DNA from: Rebecca billardiae RCC1528
Taxonomy: Eukaryota; Protista; Haptophyta
Assembly: GCA_965240325.2 (NCBI GenBank)
Contig: OZ251248.1
Span: 620,001-684,000 of the forward strand
Direction of reading: 5' to 3'
DNA: 64,000 nucleotides
The position numbers and the translations under genes were made by a program. Under the pieces are notes generated by a model, which saw nothing but the letters and a program-made list of their open reading frames with translations, searched no databases and was not told where the DNA came from. Below are positions 23,520 to 36,465 of the stretch, one piece after another (positions within the stretch are counted from its first letter, which is position 1; every line of letters begins with the position of its first letter).

Positions 23520-24553
23520 GTGTTATTGGCACAATAATCGATTGTGTCCGCTGGCGAGAAGTCCGTGGCCATACTACCCGCCGATCGACTTTGCCCTGCC
23601 CGCTGCGTCGTACTAAGCTTCAGGGCCACGATCCAATTGGCTATTATCGACCTCGACGCACCGTCGCCCGCTTGCTGCAGCCCCTTGCCTCGGCACCCCG
23701 CGCCTCCAGCTGAGCCGGCCTCGACCGCTGGTGAAGCGCGCTACACCTGCTCGACTACAGCACGGCAGATACAAACGATTCATCGTTCTGGCGGAGCAAC
23801 CACCACAAGCGCGCTCACCATTCCCGCCAAAATAAGCATCATACACGCCTCTATGATGCATCAATGACGACGAACTCGGTCGCCCAGCAATATTCCAGCT
23901 CATCGATTGGCTTTCTCATCTACAGCCGATCGATCATACATTGATGGGGGTACCTGGAGTACAAATGGCCGGCAGCGGTCGTATTCATCTTCTATGCTTA
24001 TTGGACGGTGACAAAGCTGCAGTATGCCAGCCGTGTCCGCTCATCAAGGAGGCTCATCCAAGTTACCGCAGATTCGATCTCGGTGACACGCGCACGCTGC
24101 TCGGGCAAGCCAGCTGCCAGATTCCCTCTCCCAAGCCCTCTGGCCAGCTGTCAGCTGCGTGCTCGGTTTCGCAGCAGCTGCCCTCGTGCCAAGTGCTCGC
24201 CCCTCCGCCTCCCCTATCTCCACCTCTTATTGCCGTCCTCTTACGGCGTGGCGCGACGAGGGATCTTACGGCGTGGCGCGACGACGATCTCGCGCTCCCG
24301 CCTGCTTTTGGTCGCTGCCCGTTGTGCCCCACTGCAGCCTGCGGTGGGCTGCAACGTATTCCACGACAACTACTAGAAAATCCCCTAGCTTTTGGTCGCT
24401 GCCCGTTGTGCCCCACTGCAGCCTGCGGTGGGCTGCAACTACGTACGTATTCCATCACGACAACTAGAAAATCCCAAGGAGTGTCTGTGTTATGTAAGTA
24501 TGCGCCTGCCGCATCCAGGCAGTAGTTGGTTGCGTACGCAAGCTAGGTCAAGG

Positions 24554-24557
<4 letters not shown>
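23517..24557 (+). mobile_element. Putative non-autonomous element (GT...AC ends) between two (TA)n tracts
   Basis: Starts with the family motif GTGGTGTTATTGGCACAATAATCGATTGT and ends GGACAC|ATATA. Palindrome TTGCGTACGCAA at 24530-24541. No credible coding capacity. Confidence 0.55.
24304..24475 (+). repeat. Imperfect tandem duplication (~84-88 bp x2)
   Basis: GCTTTTGGTCGCTGCCCGTTGTGCCCCACTGCAGCCTGCGGTGGGCTGCAAC...CTAGAAAATCCC at ~24304 and ~24388. Confidence 0.9.

Positions 24558-24595
<38 letters not shown>
24558..24595. repeat. (TA)n microsatellite between two elements
   Basis: Read directly. Confidence 0.95.
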
Positions 24596-24598
<3 letters not shown>

Positions 24599-26329
24599 GG
24601 GTTATTGGTACAATAACTGATTGTCTAAGAGGACGACAAGAACGCCGGGCGCCAGCGCCGCTCATCAGCCACATCGCCCTCTACCAGACCATCGCCTCAA
24701 AGCGCTGCTCCCGGACAAACAGTCTGTCCGGGTTTGTCGCCGCGGAGATCTGCTGTTTCCGGCGCCCCCTGGCTGCTTCGCCAGGCGCGGGCGCGCGAGA
24801 TGGCTGCAGCCGGGCTCGTGGCCCTGCGTCGCCGGCGGCGGCGGCTCGCACGCGGGTGGCGCGTCGCGTGCACCGACCAACATCTTTCGGCAACTCAGCG
24901 GTAAGCAACGCTCCGCATCGCGCCTCCTCGCGCTTCGGGCCACCGCCTCTTCTCTCTCTGCGTGCGTGCGCACTTTGTCTCTTCCGCACCCCCGATCGCC
25001 ACCGTTCCCTCTTCGCCACATGCCTCCTCCTCCGTGGGTGCGCCCCCACGCGGATCGCTGCTCCATCTCTCCCGCCCTGCCTCGGGATCGCCCCGGTGCC
25101 AACGCCAGCCGGCTCCTACACAAGGACCGCTGGCGGCACACCGCGCGCCGGGCCCCGTGCGCACCCGCGGGCCATTCACAGCATCCGCAAAGGCCGTCTA
25201 GCCTTCTCCTGCTTCCGCAGCGCCGCGCCCGCGGGGCGGGCTGCCTGCTATCTCTCCTCTTCGGGTTCCATCTCACTCGCACTGCCCCACCTGCCCAGCC
25301 CCCGCTGGCCGGCCCTCGTGCGTGCGCGACTCACACGTGCCTTGCCCCTTTCCTTCCCATCACTCAATGGGATTTCTCCTCCACGCGGTGCTCCCCAACA
25401 CACCATGAAACGGGATCACTCACGCACCGCGTCTCGTCGACGGCGAGCGGCATGCCCACCGCATCTGCTGCCGCTCGCCAAGGCATGAGGACACGTAAAT
25501 CCCACTGAGTAGGAACACACGCAGCCGCCTCGGCATCGACATGCCAGGCGGCGTGCCCACCTTCGGCCAGCAGTTGGCGTCGGCGTTCACGAGGACGGCT
25601 AGACGTGGGGTTATTGGTACAATAACTGATTGTCTAAGAGGACGACAAGAACGCCGGGCGCCAGCGCCGCTCATCAGCCACATCGCCCTCTACCAGACCA
25701 TCGCCTCAAAGCGCTGCTCCCGGACAAACAGTCTGTCCGGGTTTGTCGCCGCGGAGATCTGCTGTTTCCGGCGCCCCCTGGCTGCTTCGCCAGGCGCGGG
25801 CGCGCGAGATGGCTGCAGCCGGGCTCGTGGCCCTGCGTCGCCGGCGGCGGCGGCTCGCACGCGGGTGGCGCGTCGCGTGCACCGACCAACATCTTTCGGC
25901 AACCCGCCCACCCAGGGCCCGTTGGTCTGATGCTCGGGCGGCGGGACCACAACACCCGCCGTCCGACCGCCCGGTCCTGCGGCGCTGCACTTAGGGCTCA
26001 TGTGACCCCCTGCCTCCCAACACGATTGGGTTTTTCAGGTTAGGTCCCCAGCAGTGCTGCTCCCGGGCGGTCAGGTGGAGGTTCAGTCGACGAGTCCGCA
26101 GGCGCTCAGCCTTCCGTCAGCGGACGTCCGCGCGGGATCACTCACGCACCGCGTCTCGTCGACGGCGAGCGGCATGCCCACCGCATCTGCTGCCGCTCGC
26201 CAAGGCATGAGGACACGTAAATCCCACTGAGTAGGAACACACGCAGCCGCCTCGGCATCGATGACATGCCAGGCGGCGTGCCCACCTTCGGCCAGCAGTT
26301 GGCGTCGGCGTTCACGAGGACGGCTAGAC
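24596..26329 (+). mobile_element. Non-autonomous element with split direct repeats (A1..B1A2..B2) inserted in (TA)n
   Basis: A1 24596-24894 matches A2 25605-25903 (299 bp). B1 25411-25604 matches B2 26133-26329 (194/197 bp, one 3-bp indel seen). B1 abuts A2 directly. Flanked by TA tracts on both sides. Confidence 0.8.
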
Positions 26330-26599
26330 ATATATATATATATAGATTATAGTATCGTCGCGCGTCGCGTATATGTAATATTAACCGCCGCGCCGCTCGG
26401 TCGTCATGCGGGTCGTCGTATAACTCACCGGTAGCCCGCTCATGAGCTAGGGCGGGCTGGCAGCCAGGGTCCGGCTGCCTGATGGAGGTTTTCCGCGGTC
26501 GTCAAGCTGAGCCAGGCCCGGATTGGGCGCGGGCGCGGATCCGCTCCGCATATGATTGCCGCCGTCGCGCCGGCGCGCGTTACTGCGCGTCCGCCGTTA

Positions 26600-29500
26600 T
26601 TAGAGCAGCTCGTTACTGCCGCCAGAGGATGCGCCTCGGCGCGTACCTGGCAACGGCGCCACCGCGCCGACAGACATGGCCCGGCCCGCCGCGGAGGGGA
26701 ATGCCGGCGCGGGGGCTCCGGCGACGCCAGGCCGGCCGCCGTTGGCCGCGCCTTGCTGCTCGCCGCCCTCGGGATCCGACCGGCGCAGCCACTGCTCGAA
26801 CTCGACCTGGCTGCTGTTACGCCGCCGGGAGCGCGCCGCGGCGGCGGACATGGCGGACGTGCTACGGTTCGGCGCGGGCGGCGTCGGGCGCACCTCGCCG
26901 TCCGGGAGGGCGGCCGCCGCGTACGCCGGCGGCGGCTCGAGCACGATGGCCGCGTCGGCGCCGTCCGCCGCCGGCGGCTCGCCCGCCGGCGTGCCCTCCA
27001 GGGGCAGGTGCCCCTGGCTCGCCGTCAGCCGGCCGGCGGCGAGGTTGTGCATGGCGCCCGGCCCGGCGCCGGCCGCGTCCTCGGGCAGCGCGTTGGAGAG
27101 CAGCTGCGCGACCGCGAGCGAGGGCACCATCTGGATGGGCGGCGGCGAGAGCTCGTGCAGACGCTCGTCCCAAGACTCGTCGGCGATCGACATCACCGCG
27201 TACGGCCGGCGGTAGCGCGGCAGCTGCTCGAAGATGGCGTGGCACACGAGGTAGTTGGCCTCGTCGTACGGCGTGAAGATGAGCACAAAGTCGAGGGAGG
27301 GCAGCACGCGCATCGCGCGCTGCAGCCGGAGGAAGTCGATGTCGAACACGTCGAACGCGTCCGCGTCGGTGCGCCCGCCGACGCTGATGGCGCGGGGGCG
27401 CAGGCCGGCGGCGGGCGCACCCGCGAGCGCCGAGCTGCCCTCGGCTGTCGGGACCGTGTCGGGCGCGTCGCCCTGGTCCTCCTCGTCCGCGTCCGCGTGC
27501 GCGTGCGCGTCCGCGTGCGCGTGCAGGTTGCCCGTCGAGTGCAGGATCTGGCCGAGCGGGAAGCCGAGGTACACGCCGCCCTTGGCGGCGGGCGAGGCGG
27601 GCGGCACCCCCGCCTCGTGCCCAGTGCTGCGCCGCGGGCCCACGGCACCGGCGCCACCGGAGCGCGGCGAGTCGGGCAGGCTCAAGCGGTCCCGTGTGCG
27701 GCCGAACGACGAGCCTTCTTGGTCACTCGGCTCCATCGTCGGGCTGAACAGCGGCATCGAGATGCGCGCGCGGCGGCGCGACTGCGCGGGCGGCGCCGGG
27801 GCGGCGCCGGGCGGCCTGCGCAGCCCCGCCAGGTCGGTGACCACCACGTCCCACCCCGACTGCTGCAGGTGCGCGGCGATGTTCTTCACGGCCGGGTCGT
27901 CCCACGGCTCGACCACGACGAGCACGCCGCGCTCGCGCTTCTTCACGAGCATCGGCTGGATGGGCGACTTGATCGACTGCTCGGCGTCCTGCCCGGTGTG
28001 CGCCTCGTTGCACGCCTGCAAGCGGCGGCACCCGCACGCGGCGGCACCCGCGCGCGCGTGCGGCCGTCAGAGGCCACCCAGCGCGCCGCGAGTGCGCGCG
28101 CGCGGTGCGCGGCGCGCGCGGTGCGCTGCGCGCGCGCCCGGTGTGTGCCGCACCTTGATGGCGTACTTGAAGAGCGGCGGGCCGAGGAACTGGTTGAGCA
28201 CGACGGTGGCGACGATGGCGGTCGCAAAGCCGGGTCCCCACGAGAAGGACTTGGACACGTTCTGCGCCAGGCCGAGCGTCACGCCCGCCTGCGTCATGAA
28301 CGCCATCCACGCGTGGTTGGTGTGCTTGGTGGGCAGCTTGGAGAGCCGGCCGCCGATCTGCGTGCCGATCACGATGCCGGTCGTGCGCACGCACATGATG
28401 AGCAGACACACGGGCAGCATCTTGGGCACCGCGTCCAGCTCCATCTCCGCGCCCGTCAGCGTGAAGAAGGCGATGTACACGGGCGAGGACGCGTACTCCG
28501 CGAGGTGGTGGAACGTCTCGCGGTAGTTCGAGTAGTTCACCACGGCGAAGCCGGCCTGCGCGCGCGGGCGAGAGGGCGCCCGTGAGGGCGGGCGCGCGCG
28601 CGGTGCGGCGGGTGCGGCGGGTGCGGCGGGTGCGGCGCGCGCGCGCGTGCGCGTGCGCACCGTCATGCACACGATCATTGGCTGCATCACAGAGAAGCCG
28701 ATGTGCTCGGAGGAGAAGCCCTCGAGCCAGAACGTGCCGTAGCCGAGGATGAGGAAGAGCACCTTCTGCATCAGGCCGAGGAAGCTCGCCAGCCCGCGCC
28801 CCGCGCGCTTGCACAGGCTGCGGTGGCGCGGGCTGCCCCCCGAGGCCGGCACCGTCTCGGACGCGCCGCACGTCGGGATGCGCACGAGGCACAGGATGAG
28901 CACGTTGCCCAGCAGGAAGCCCATCACGATCGAGACGAGCATCTGCAGGCCGAAGATCATGAGCACGTCGCTCGTCTTGGCGTTCTCCGCCACCGCGCCC
29001 TCCTCGAGCCGGCGGCCCGCCTCCTGCGCCGCCGCCTCCGCGGCCGCGTTGAGCGAGGAGACGGCGAGCGAGGTGAGCGAGAAGAGCACGATCACCGTCA
29101 TGTCCATCACCACCGTGACGGCGAGCATCACGGTGGTGAACGGGCCCTTCGCGCCGAGCTCGGAGATGATCGCGATGGCGGACGACGGCGAGCGCGCGAC
29201 CGAGAGGCAGCCGATCAGCATCGCGACGCCGAGCCTCTGCGAGAAGACCATCCCCTGCATGAACGGGAACATGGACGAGAACGTGAGCACCGCCATGAAC
29301 GTGAGCGCGTACGTGACGGAGACGAGGCCGCAGATCACCGAGGCGACGGGGCGCACGAACTCCTTCAGCTCGTTGATGTAGAACTTGCCGCCGGCGGAGA
29401 AGCCGATGAAGCCGAGCGCCATCTGGCCGATGAAGCCGAGGTGGCTCGGCCCGTTGTACGGCACGAGCATCAGCATGTGCGGCCCGACCGCCATCCCGAC

Positions 29501-32500
29501 CAGGAGGTAGCCGGTGATGAGCGGCACGCCGAGGCGCGCGGTCGCCTTGCTGATGATCGCCGACGCGAGCGCGAGCACGGCGAACGCGCACGTGAGCATC
29601 ACGCCGTCCTTGAGCTTCTGCTGCTGCCCGCCCTCGAACTTGTACGGCGAGGAGGGCAGGAAGGCGTTGTGCGCGGGCGCCACCAGCACCTGCCCGCTCG
29701 CCGCGCTCTTGTTGTACGCGAAGGAGACGGAGGTGGGGCCCATGCGCCGCGCGACGAAGGTGAAGCCGAACGACGCGCGCGACTCGTCCGCCGGCTCGAG
29801 CGTCGCGGCGAGCGGGTCGCCCGACGAGTCGAGCGCGCGCACGGTGATGGCGCGCGCAAGCTCCTCCTGCGAGCCGAGCAGCCGCGCCACGTTGCCGTAC
29901 CGGTCGCGCGTGCTGACCGCGCAGCGCACGCGCTCGCCCTGCGTCACCGGGTTGGGCGCGCACGCGAGCGGCGAGTGGTCCATCGCCGCGCTCGCCGGCA
30001 GCACGTCGAGCGACTGCTCGAAGCGCACGTTGCGCTGCACCCAGTGCGAGCCTCGGAACGCGATCGCGATGCGCGCCTGCCCCGCGCGCTCAAAGTAGCC
30101 GTAGAAGCCGAACTCGTCGACGCCCTTGGCGTGGACCTGCGAGAAGTGCGCCGAGGGCTCGGCGATGGTCACTTCGAAGTCGCCCTTGCTCGCGCCGCCC
30201 GCGCGGTTGCCGAACGGCCCGCGCGTCACGATGCTGCACTGCGTGACCTCGCCCGCCGCCACCGGGTTTGGCGCGCACGAGAAGAGCGTCATGCTCGGCA
30301 TCAGCAGCCCGGGGAAGATGGCGATCGGGTGCGCGTGCACGTAGCGCGCCGAGCGGTCGGACGCGTTGAACTCGATCACGACCGACGCGATCCCCGTCTG
30401 CGCCGTGACGAACGTGAAGTTGAGCGGCGGCGGCGGCCCCGCGCCGCCGCCGCTCGCGTTGGCGCCGCCGCGCGCGGGGTGCTGCTCGGAGAGGCGCACG
30501 TCGATCACGCGCTTGTTCGCCTCGACGAGGTGGACGCGCACGGCGGGCGGGCGCGAGCGGACGGGGTTGCCGAAGTGGTCGCAGAACTGCACGGTGCACG
30601 ACGCCGGGTGCCCCGCCACCACGTGCCGCTGCCCGCAGTCCACGCGTGTGCTGTTCGGGTCGATGGGCGCGGGCAGCACCGAGATGGACGGCGCGCTGTC
30701 GGCCGCGAGCCCGGGCGCGGACGCGACGAGCCGGATGGGCGCGGCGACGAGCAGGCGCGCGTCGACGAAGCGCGCGAGGCCGTCGACCGCGGTCGCCGAG
30801 AGCGTGGACACGCCCTCGAACGTGTCCGAGTACGCCATCACGATCAGCGAGACCGTCACCGCCGACTCGCCGTCGATGTCGAGGTGGCGGCGGCCGTCCC
30901 GGTTGCGCACCTCGACCGTCACGTTGAACGGCTCGCCCGCGACCACGGCGCTCGGCCGCTCGGCGATGGCGAGCTCGGTGGGCGGCAGCACGAGCGCGCG
31001 CACCACCGCCGAGCCGTTCGTCTGCTCGCCGAACAGCGCCGCGCCCTCGCCCACCACCGTGTAGTTGAGCGCGAGCGCGCCGCCCGCGTACGCGGTGAGC
31101 ACGACCGAGCCACTCGCGGCCGCGGGCCCAAACCGCAGCACCGCGGGCTCGACGCGCAGCGCGGGGTCGCCGCCGAAGACGAGCTCGACGGGCTTGTCGA
31201 GCGTGCGCGGCGCGCGGATCGTGAGCGCCGCCGAGGGCACGCCCGCCGAGAGCACGCCCAGCGCCGCCGTGTCCGGCGCGCTGAACGCGAGCGGGCGGAC
31301 GGGCAGCGCGAGCGCGCGCGGCGGCGCGTAGTGCTGCGCGTCCTTGCCGCTCAGCTCAAACGAGACGGCGAGCAGCCCCGGCAGGAGCGGCTTGAGCTGC
31401 AGCACGTGCGCCTTCGACGCGGGCGCGTCGGGGGTGAACTCGACCAGCGGCGGCGTGAACTCCGCGCCCGCCGCCACCGGGCGCACGCTCAGCCCGGCGC
31501 TCGGCAGCCGGCTCACCTCGACGCGGATCGCGTTGGCGCGCGGCTCGAGCACGACGAGCGCGCCCGAGAGAAGCTGCGTCGCGACCACGCGCTCGACCGC
31601 GCGGATCTGCACGCGCGTGGGCGGCGGCGCGTCGAAGTGCGCGGCGTCCTCGCCCGAGTCGAGCGCGTCGATCGTGTAGTTCAGCTCGAACGCGCCCGCC
31701 GCCGAGCCGCGCACGCGCACGGGCGCGGAGAGCGTGGTCTCGTCGAAGGCGAGCGTCGTGGCCGAGAGCGCGACGTGCTCGGGCGCGGCCACGCGCACAC
31801 ACAGCCGCCCGTGCGGCGCGCTCTCGAGGCTGACGTCGAAGGTGCGCTCCTCGCCGATGTACTGCGCGCCCAGCTCCGCCGGCGCGCGCACCTTCTTCAG
31901 CGCGAGCACGCGCACGGGCACGGCGGAGGGCGCGTCGAAGAAGGCCGCGTCCGCGCCGCCCAGCGCGAGCTCGACGCTCGCGCTGCCCGCGCCGCCGCGC
32001 ACCGCGCGCGCGCGGAACGCGCCGACGGGCGGCGCGTCGGCGGCGTCGGCGGGCGGGTCGGCGGGGCCGAAGCGCCAGCTCGGCGGCTCGAAGCGCAGCC
32101 CCGCCGCGCGCGGCGCGACCAGCAGCTCGCGCAGCGGCGTGGCGGAGAGCGCGACGGAGAGGTTGAGCGCGCCGGTCTCATACACGACCAGCTCGGAGCT
32201 GGGGCCGTGCCACGCGACACCGCCGCGCTTGAGGATCGAGACGGCGACGGGCGGCGGCGCGGCGAAGTGGCGGGCGAGCGCGCCGGAGAGCGCGAAGGCG
32301 ATGCGCGACTGCCCCGCCGAGTAGCACGCCGCGCTCAGCCCGAGCTCCGCCGGCGCGCTCGTGTTGAACTCGAGGGCGGGCGGGTGGAAGCTCAGCCCCG
32401 CGCCCTGCGCGGACACGAGCACGTCCGCCTCGCGCGGCCCAGAGACGGCGACGCTGCCCGCGGCGCGGCGCAGCGCCTCGGGCGTGGTGCGCAGGCGCAC

Positions 32501-35500
32501 GCCGATGCGCTCGCCCAGGTAGTACGTCCGCCCCTCCGCCGCCGCCGCGGCGAACGCCGCGGCGCCGCCGTCGTCCGCGCCGCCGTCGTCCGCGCCGCCG
32601 CCGCCGGCGCCGCCGGCGCCGCCGGCGCCGCCGCGCTCGTCCGCGGCCGCGTCCGACGGCGCGCGCGCGAGCGCTCTCGCGCGCAGCGGCGCGCCGCCCT
32701 GCAGCGACACGTTGAACGCCTCGAGCGCCGAGTAGATCACGCGCACGTAGGGCACGGCGGAGAAGTGGCGGCTGTGGTCGCCGGAGGTGTCGATGTGCAC
32801 CGCGATCTCAGAGCCCAGCACCGCGTCCGCGTTCGCGCGCACCTCGAAGAGCGCGCTCGGGCCGTCGCGCGCGTCGGCGCCCTCGGGCTGCGAGAGCGGC
32901 GCGGACGGCGGGCTGAACGAGAGGCCGAGCGCGCGCGGGGTGAGGACGAGCTCGGAGCACATCTGCGCGGCGTCGGCGCACGCGGCGCTCGCCGTCGCGG
33001 CGAAGCTCGCCACGTCGCCCTCGTACAGCCGCACGGCCGCGGGCAGCAGCAATGACTCGCGCTGCCGCACGAGCACCACCTGCGCGGGCGGCGCCTGGAA
33101 GTGCAGCCAGTTGGCGTCGCCCACGTGCCACTGCACCGTGCACGAGCCCGCGTGCTCAAACGAGACGACGGACTCGACCTGCACGACCGACTGCGTGAAG
33201 ACGAGCGTGGCGGGCGCGAAGCTGAGGCACGACGCCGTCGGCGTGAGCGTCACGCGCGTGTACGGCGGCGCGGACACGCTGATCTGCAGGCTCGTGCTCT
33301 CGCCCACGTAGTGCGCGTCGATCGGGTGCTGGAGCAGAAAGTGCTCGGGCGGCCGGATGGTGATGTGCGACTGCACCGGCTCGATGAAGTGCGCGGCGTT
33401 CGCGCCGCCCACCTCGTACGTGACGGGGATCTCGCCCGTGACCGTGCCCTGCACGAAGAAGGTGTGCGAGTGCTCGTGCCCCGCGCGGAAGCGGATGATC
33501 GACGGGCTGAAGAGCAGGCCCGTGCCCGAGGCGCGCAGCGTCACGTCCTGGTCGAGGTGCTTGGTCACCGAGATGGTGAGCGCGGCGATGTCGCCCACGT
33601 ACAGGTCGGGGTACGAGGCGAGGATGGAGAAGGTCTCGAGCTCGATCACCTGCACCTGGCCCACGTCGCGCGCCGGCACACTCACGTGCCGCGCCGCCGA
33701 GCCCTCCGCGCTGAGCCACAGCCGGACGGGCGAGGCGCTCGACGACGCGCCGCGCGTCTGCACGGCGAACGCGCCGCCCGGCGCTGCGGCGCGCAGCTCG
33801 ACGGACGCGGGCGAGACGAGCGCGCCGCCCGACGCGTGCAGCTCGACGCGGAGGTACTCGTCCGGCAGCACCAGCGGCACGCTCACGTTCACGAGCACCA
33901 CGTCGCCCACGTACACCACCGACGCCGACTGCGTGACGGCGAGCTGCTCGGCGGGCGCGAAGACGAGCGACAGCGGCGGCGGCGGCCGGTAGTAGCCCGC
34001 GCTCGGCCCGCTGAGGGCGAACTCGAGCTGCAGCGTGCACGGCGTGGCGGAGGAGATGTTGAGGCGCACGGGCGCGGCGCTGTCCACGTCAAAGACGACC
34101 GCCTCCGACGGCTCGATGCTCGCCGCGCACCCCTGCCCGCGCAGCACCGCGCTCGCCACCAGCCAGCCGTGCGAGCGCAGCGTGGCCGCGTGCGCGGGCC
34201 ACAGGCTCACCGCCGCCACGTCGCCGCGGTAGACGACGCTGCTGTTGTGCTCGGCGCCGACGGGGCGGACGAGGAGTGGCCGCATCGGCTTCACGACGAC
34301 CGTCAGGTTGGGCGGCGCCGCGTACATCGGCGCCGCGCGGTCGTCGACGAGCACCTCCCACCCGACGCTCACCGGCGCGTCGATGGCGGCGGGCGCGCGC
34401 ACGCGCAGCGCCGCGACGAGCGGACCGTCGTCGGCGGCGGCACCGTCCGCGTGCGCGTCGGCGGCGCCGCCCGCCGTCGGCGGCGGCGCGGGCTCGAAGC
34501 GCGCGAGCGGCGGCTCGAAGGTGAGGCCGGGCGAGTGGACCGGGCGCACGACCACCGTGCGCAGCGGCGCGCGCGAGATGCTCACGTTGAGCCACTTCGC
34601 CTCCGAGTACTCGCGGATCGTGAGCTCGCCGCCCGGCGCCGCCGCCCAGCGCGTGACGCGGATGGCCCCGCGCGCGCGCACCGACGCTCCGAGCACGCGC
34701 GGCGGCTCAAAGGCGAGGCGCTGGGCGTCGCTCTCGAGCGCGAAGCTGATGGTCGCCTCGCCGGGCTGCACCGCGCGCAGCACCACGCTCGTCGCGCGCC
34801 GGTCGCCCGACGTCCACGCCAGGTGGTCCGGGAGCGTCCGGACCGCGGGCGAGGAGGGCGTGAGCCGCAGCCCCAGCTGCTGCCGCTCGGCGAGCGCGCG
34901 CTGCGGCGCGTGCTCGACCAGCACGTCAAAGCGCGCCTCCTCGCCCACGTACAGCGGGGGCAGCGCGGCGGGGGAGATGGTGAACGAGCCCTGCTCAATC
35001 ACCGCGAGCGACATGTTCCGCGGCGGCACCATCCACCCCACCGCCTCGGGCCCCGCGTGTGCGGGCGCGGGCGCGAGCGGCCTGATGCGGAACGAGAGTG
35101 TGTAGTCGCCCGCCACGCCGCCGACCGCCGAGACGGCGAGCGCGCCGCTCGCGCCGCGCGCGAAGAGGAGCTCGGGCGGGTCGAAGCGCAGCGCGCTGGG
35201 CGTGTCGTCCGCGCCGTACAGCACGCGCTGCGCCGAGGGCACCAGCCGCACGCTCACCATCGGCGGCTCCGTGGGCTGCACCGTGAGCGCGCACACCTCG
35301 CCCGCGTACGGCACCGCGGCCGGCAGCGACACGCGGAACGACGGCCGCGGCGCCACGACGAGCTCGAGCGGCGGGGAGGGCGCGCGGTGCGCGGCAGCGG
35401 CGTACGGGCGCGCGACGACGACGACCAGCCCCGGCTCGCTCGCCGTGAGCTCGAACGACGCGCTCGCGTTCGGCGCGCCCGGCGTGGGCGGCGCCATGTG

Positions 35501-36410
35501 CGCGGCCGCGGGCGCGACGGTCACGCTGCCCTCCGCCTCCGAGCGGCGGCCGCCGCCGCCGACCGCGCTCTGGTCGATGGCCTCGACGGAGACGCCGAGC
35601 GCGTCGGCGTCGCCCTCGTCGGCGCTGACCATCGCCGTGCTCACCACCACGGTCCGCGTGTCGCCCACGAAGAACGGCCGCGCCGGCTGCGCGGGCGCGA
35701 CGCGCGCGCGCAGCTGCAGCCGCGCGCGCACGGCCAGCGGCAGCGCGGCGCCGCCCGAGTACGCGGCCGCCAGCCGGCCCTCGACGCTCGCGCGCACGGC
35801 GGTCTCGCCGCCGGGCGCGTCCTCGCGCACGGCGACGGTGAACCAGCCGACGCACCCGCCGTCACCGTCGGCGCTCCGCGCGAGCTCGCTCACGCTCGAC
35901 GACGCGACGCGCAGCCGCGCGCCGTCGGCGGGCTCGAGGCGCACGGAGACGGCGCCGCAGCCGCCGGCGTCGTCCGGCGGCGACGGGACGCGCGCCGAGA
36001 GCGCGACCGTCTCGCCCGGCCAGACGGCGGCGCGCGAGCAGTTGAGCTCGAGCGGCTCGCGCTCGAGCACGCGCACCGCCACGTCGGGCAGCGCGACGAA
36101 GTGCGGCGAGTCCGCGCCCGCCGTGTAGAAGCGCAGCGTCGCGTTGCCCGCGCGCTGCGCCGTCACCGTGAGCGACGCGCGCGTGCCGCCCGCGGCCGTG
36201 AACCGCACGCGCGGCGGCGCAAGGCTGAGGTTCGCGGCGACGGGGATGAGCACGACCTCGTCGTCGGGCGCGCGCGGGATCGAGACGTTGAACGCCACGC
36301 TCTCGCCCACGTACAGCGCGCGCGCCGGCGCGGGCGGCTGCAGCGCGAACCGCTGCAGCGGGTGCACCGACACGTTGAACGACACGCGCGAGGGCGGCGC
36401 GCGCGCGCCG

Positions 36411-36465
<55 letters not shown>

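Noticed and set aside
24621-26043. ORFs starting MSKRTTRTPG (two copies) as a transposase
   Set aside because: Non-ATG starts and no catalytic motifs. They arise only from the duplicated A repeat.
24230-26329. Repeats as a possible CRISPR array
   Set aside because: Only two copies of each repeat, wrong lengths, no repeat-spacer periodicity, no cas genes, and a eukaryotic context.
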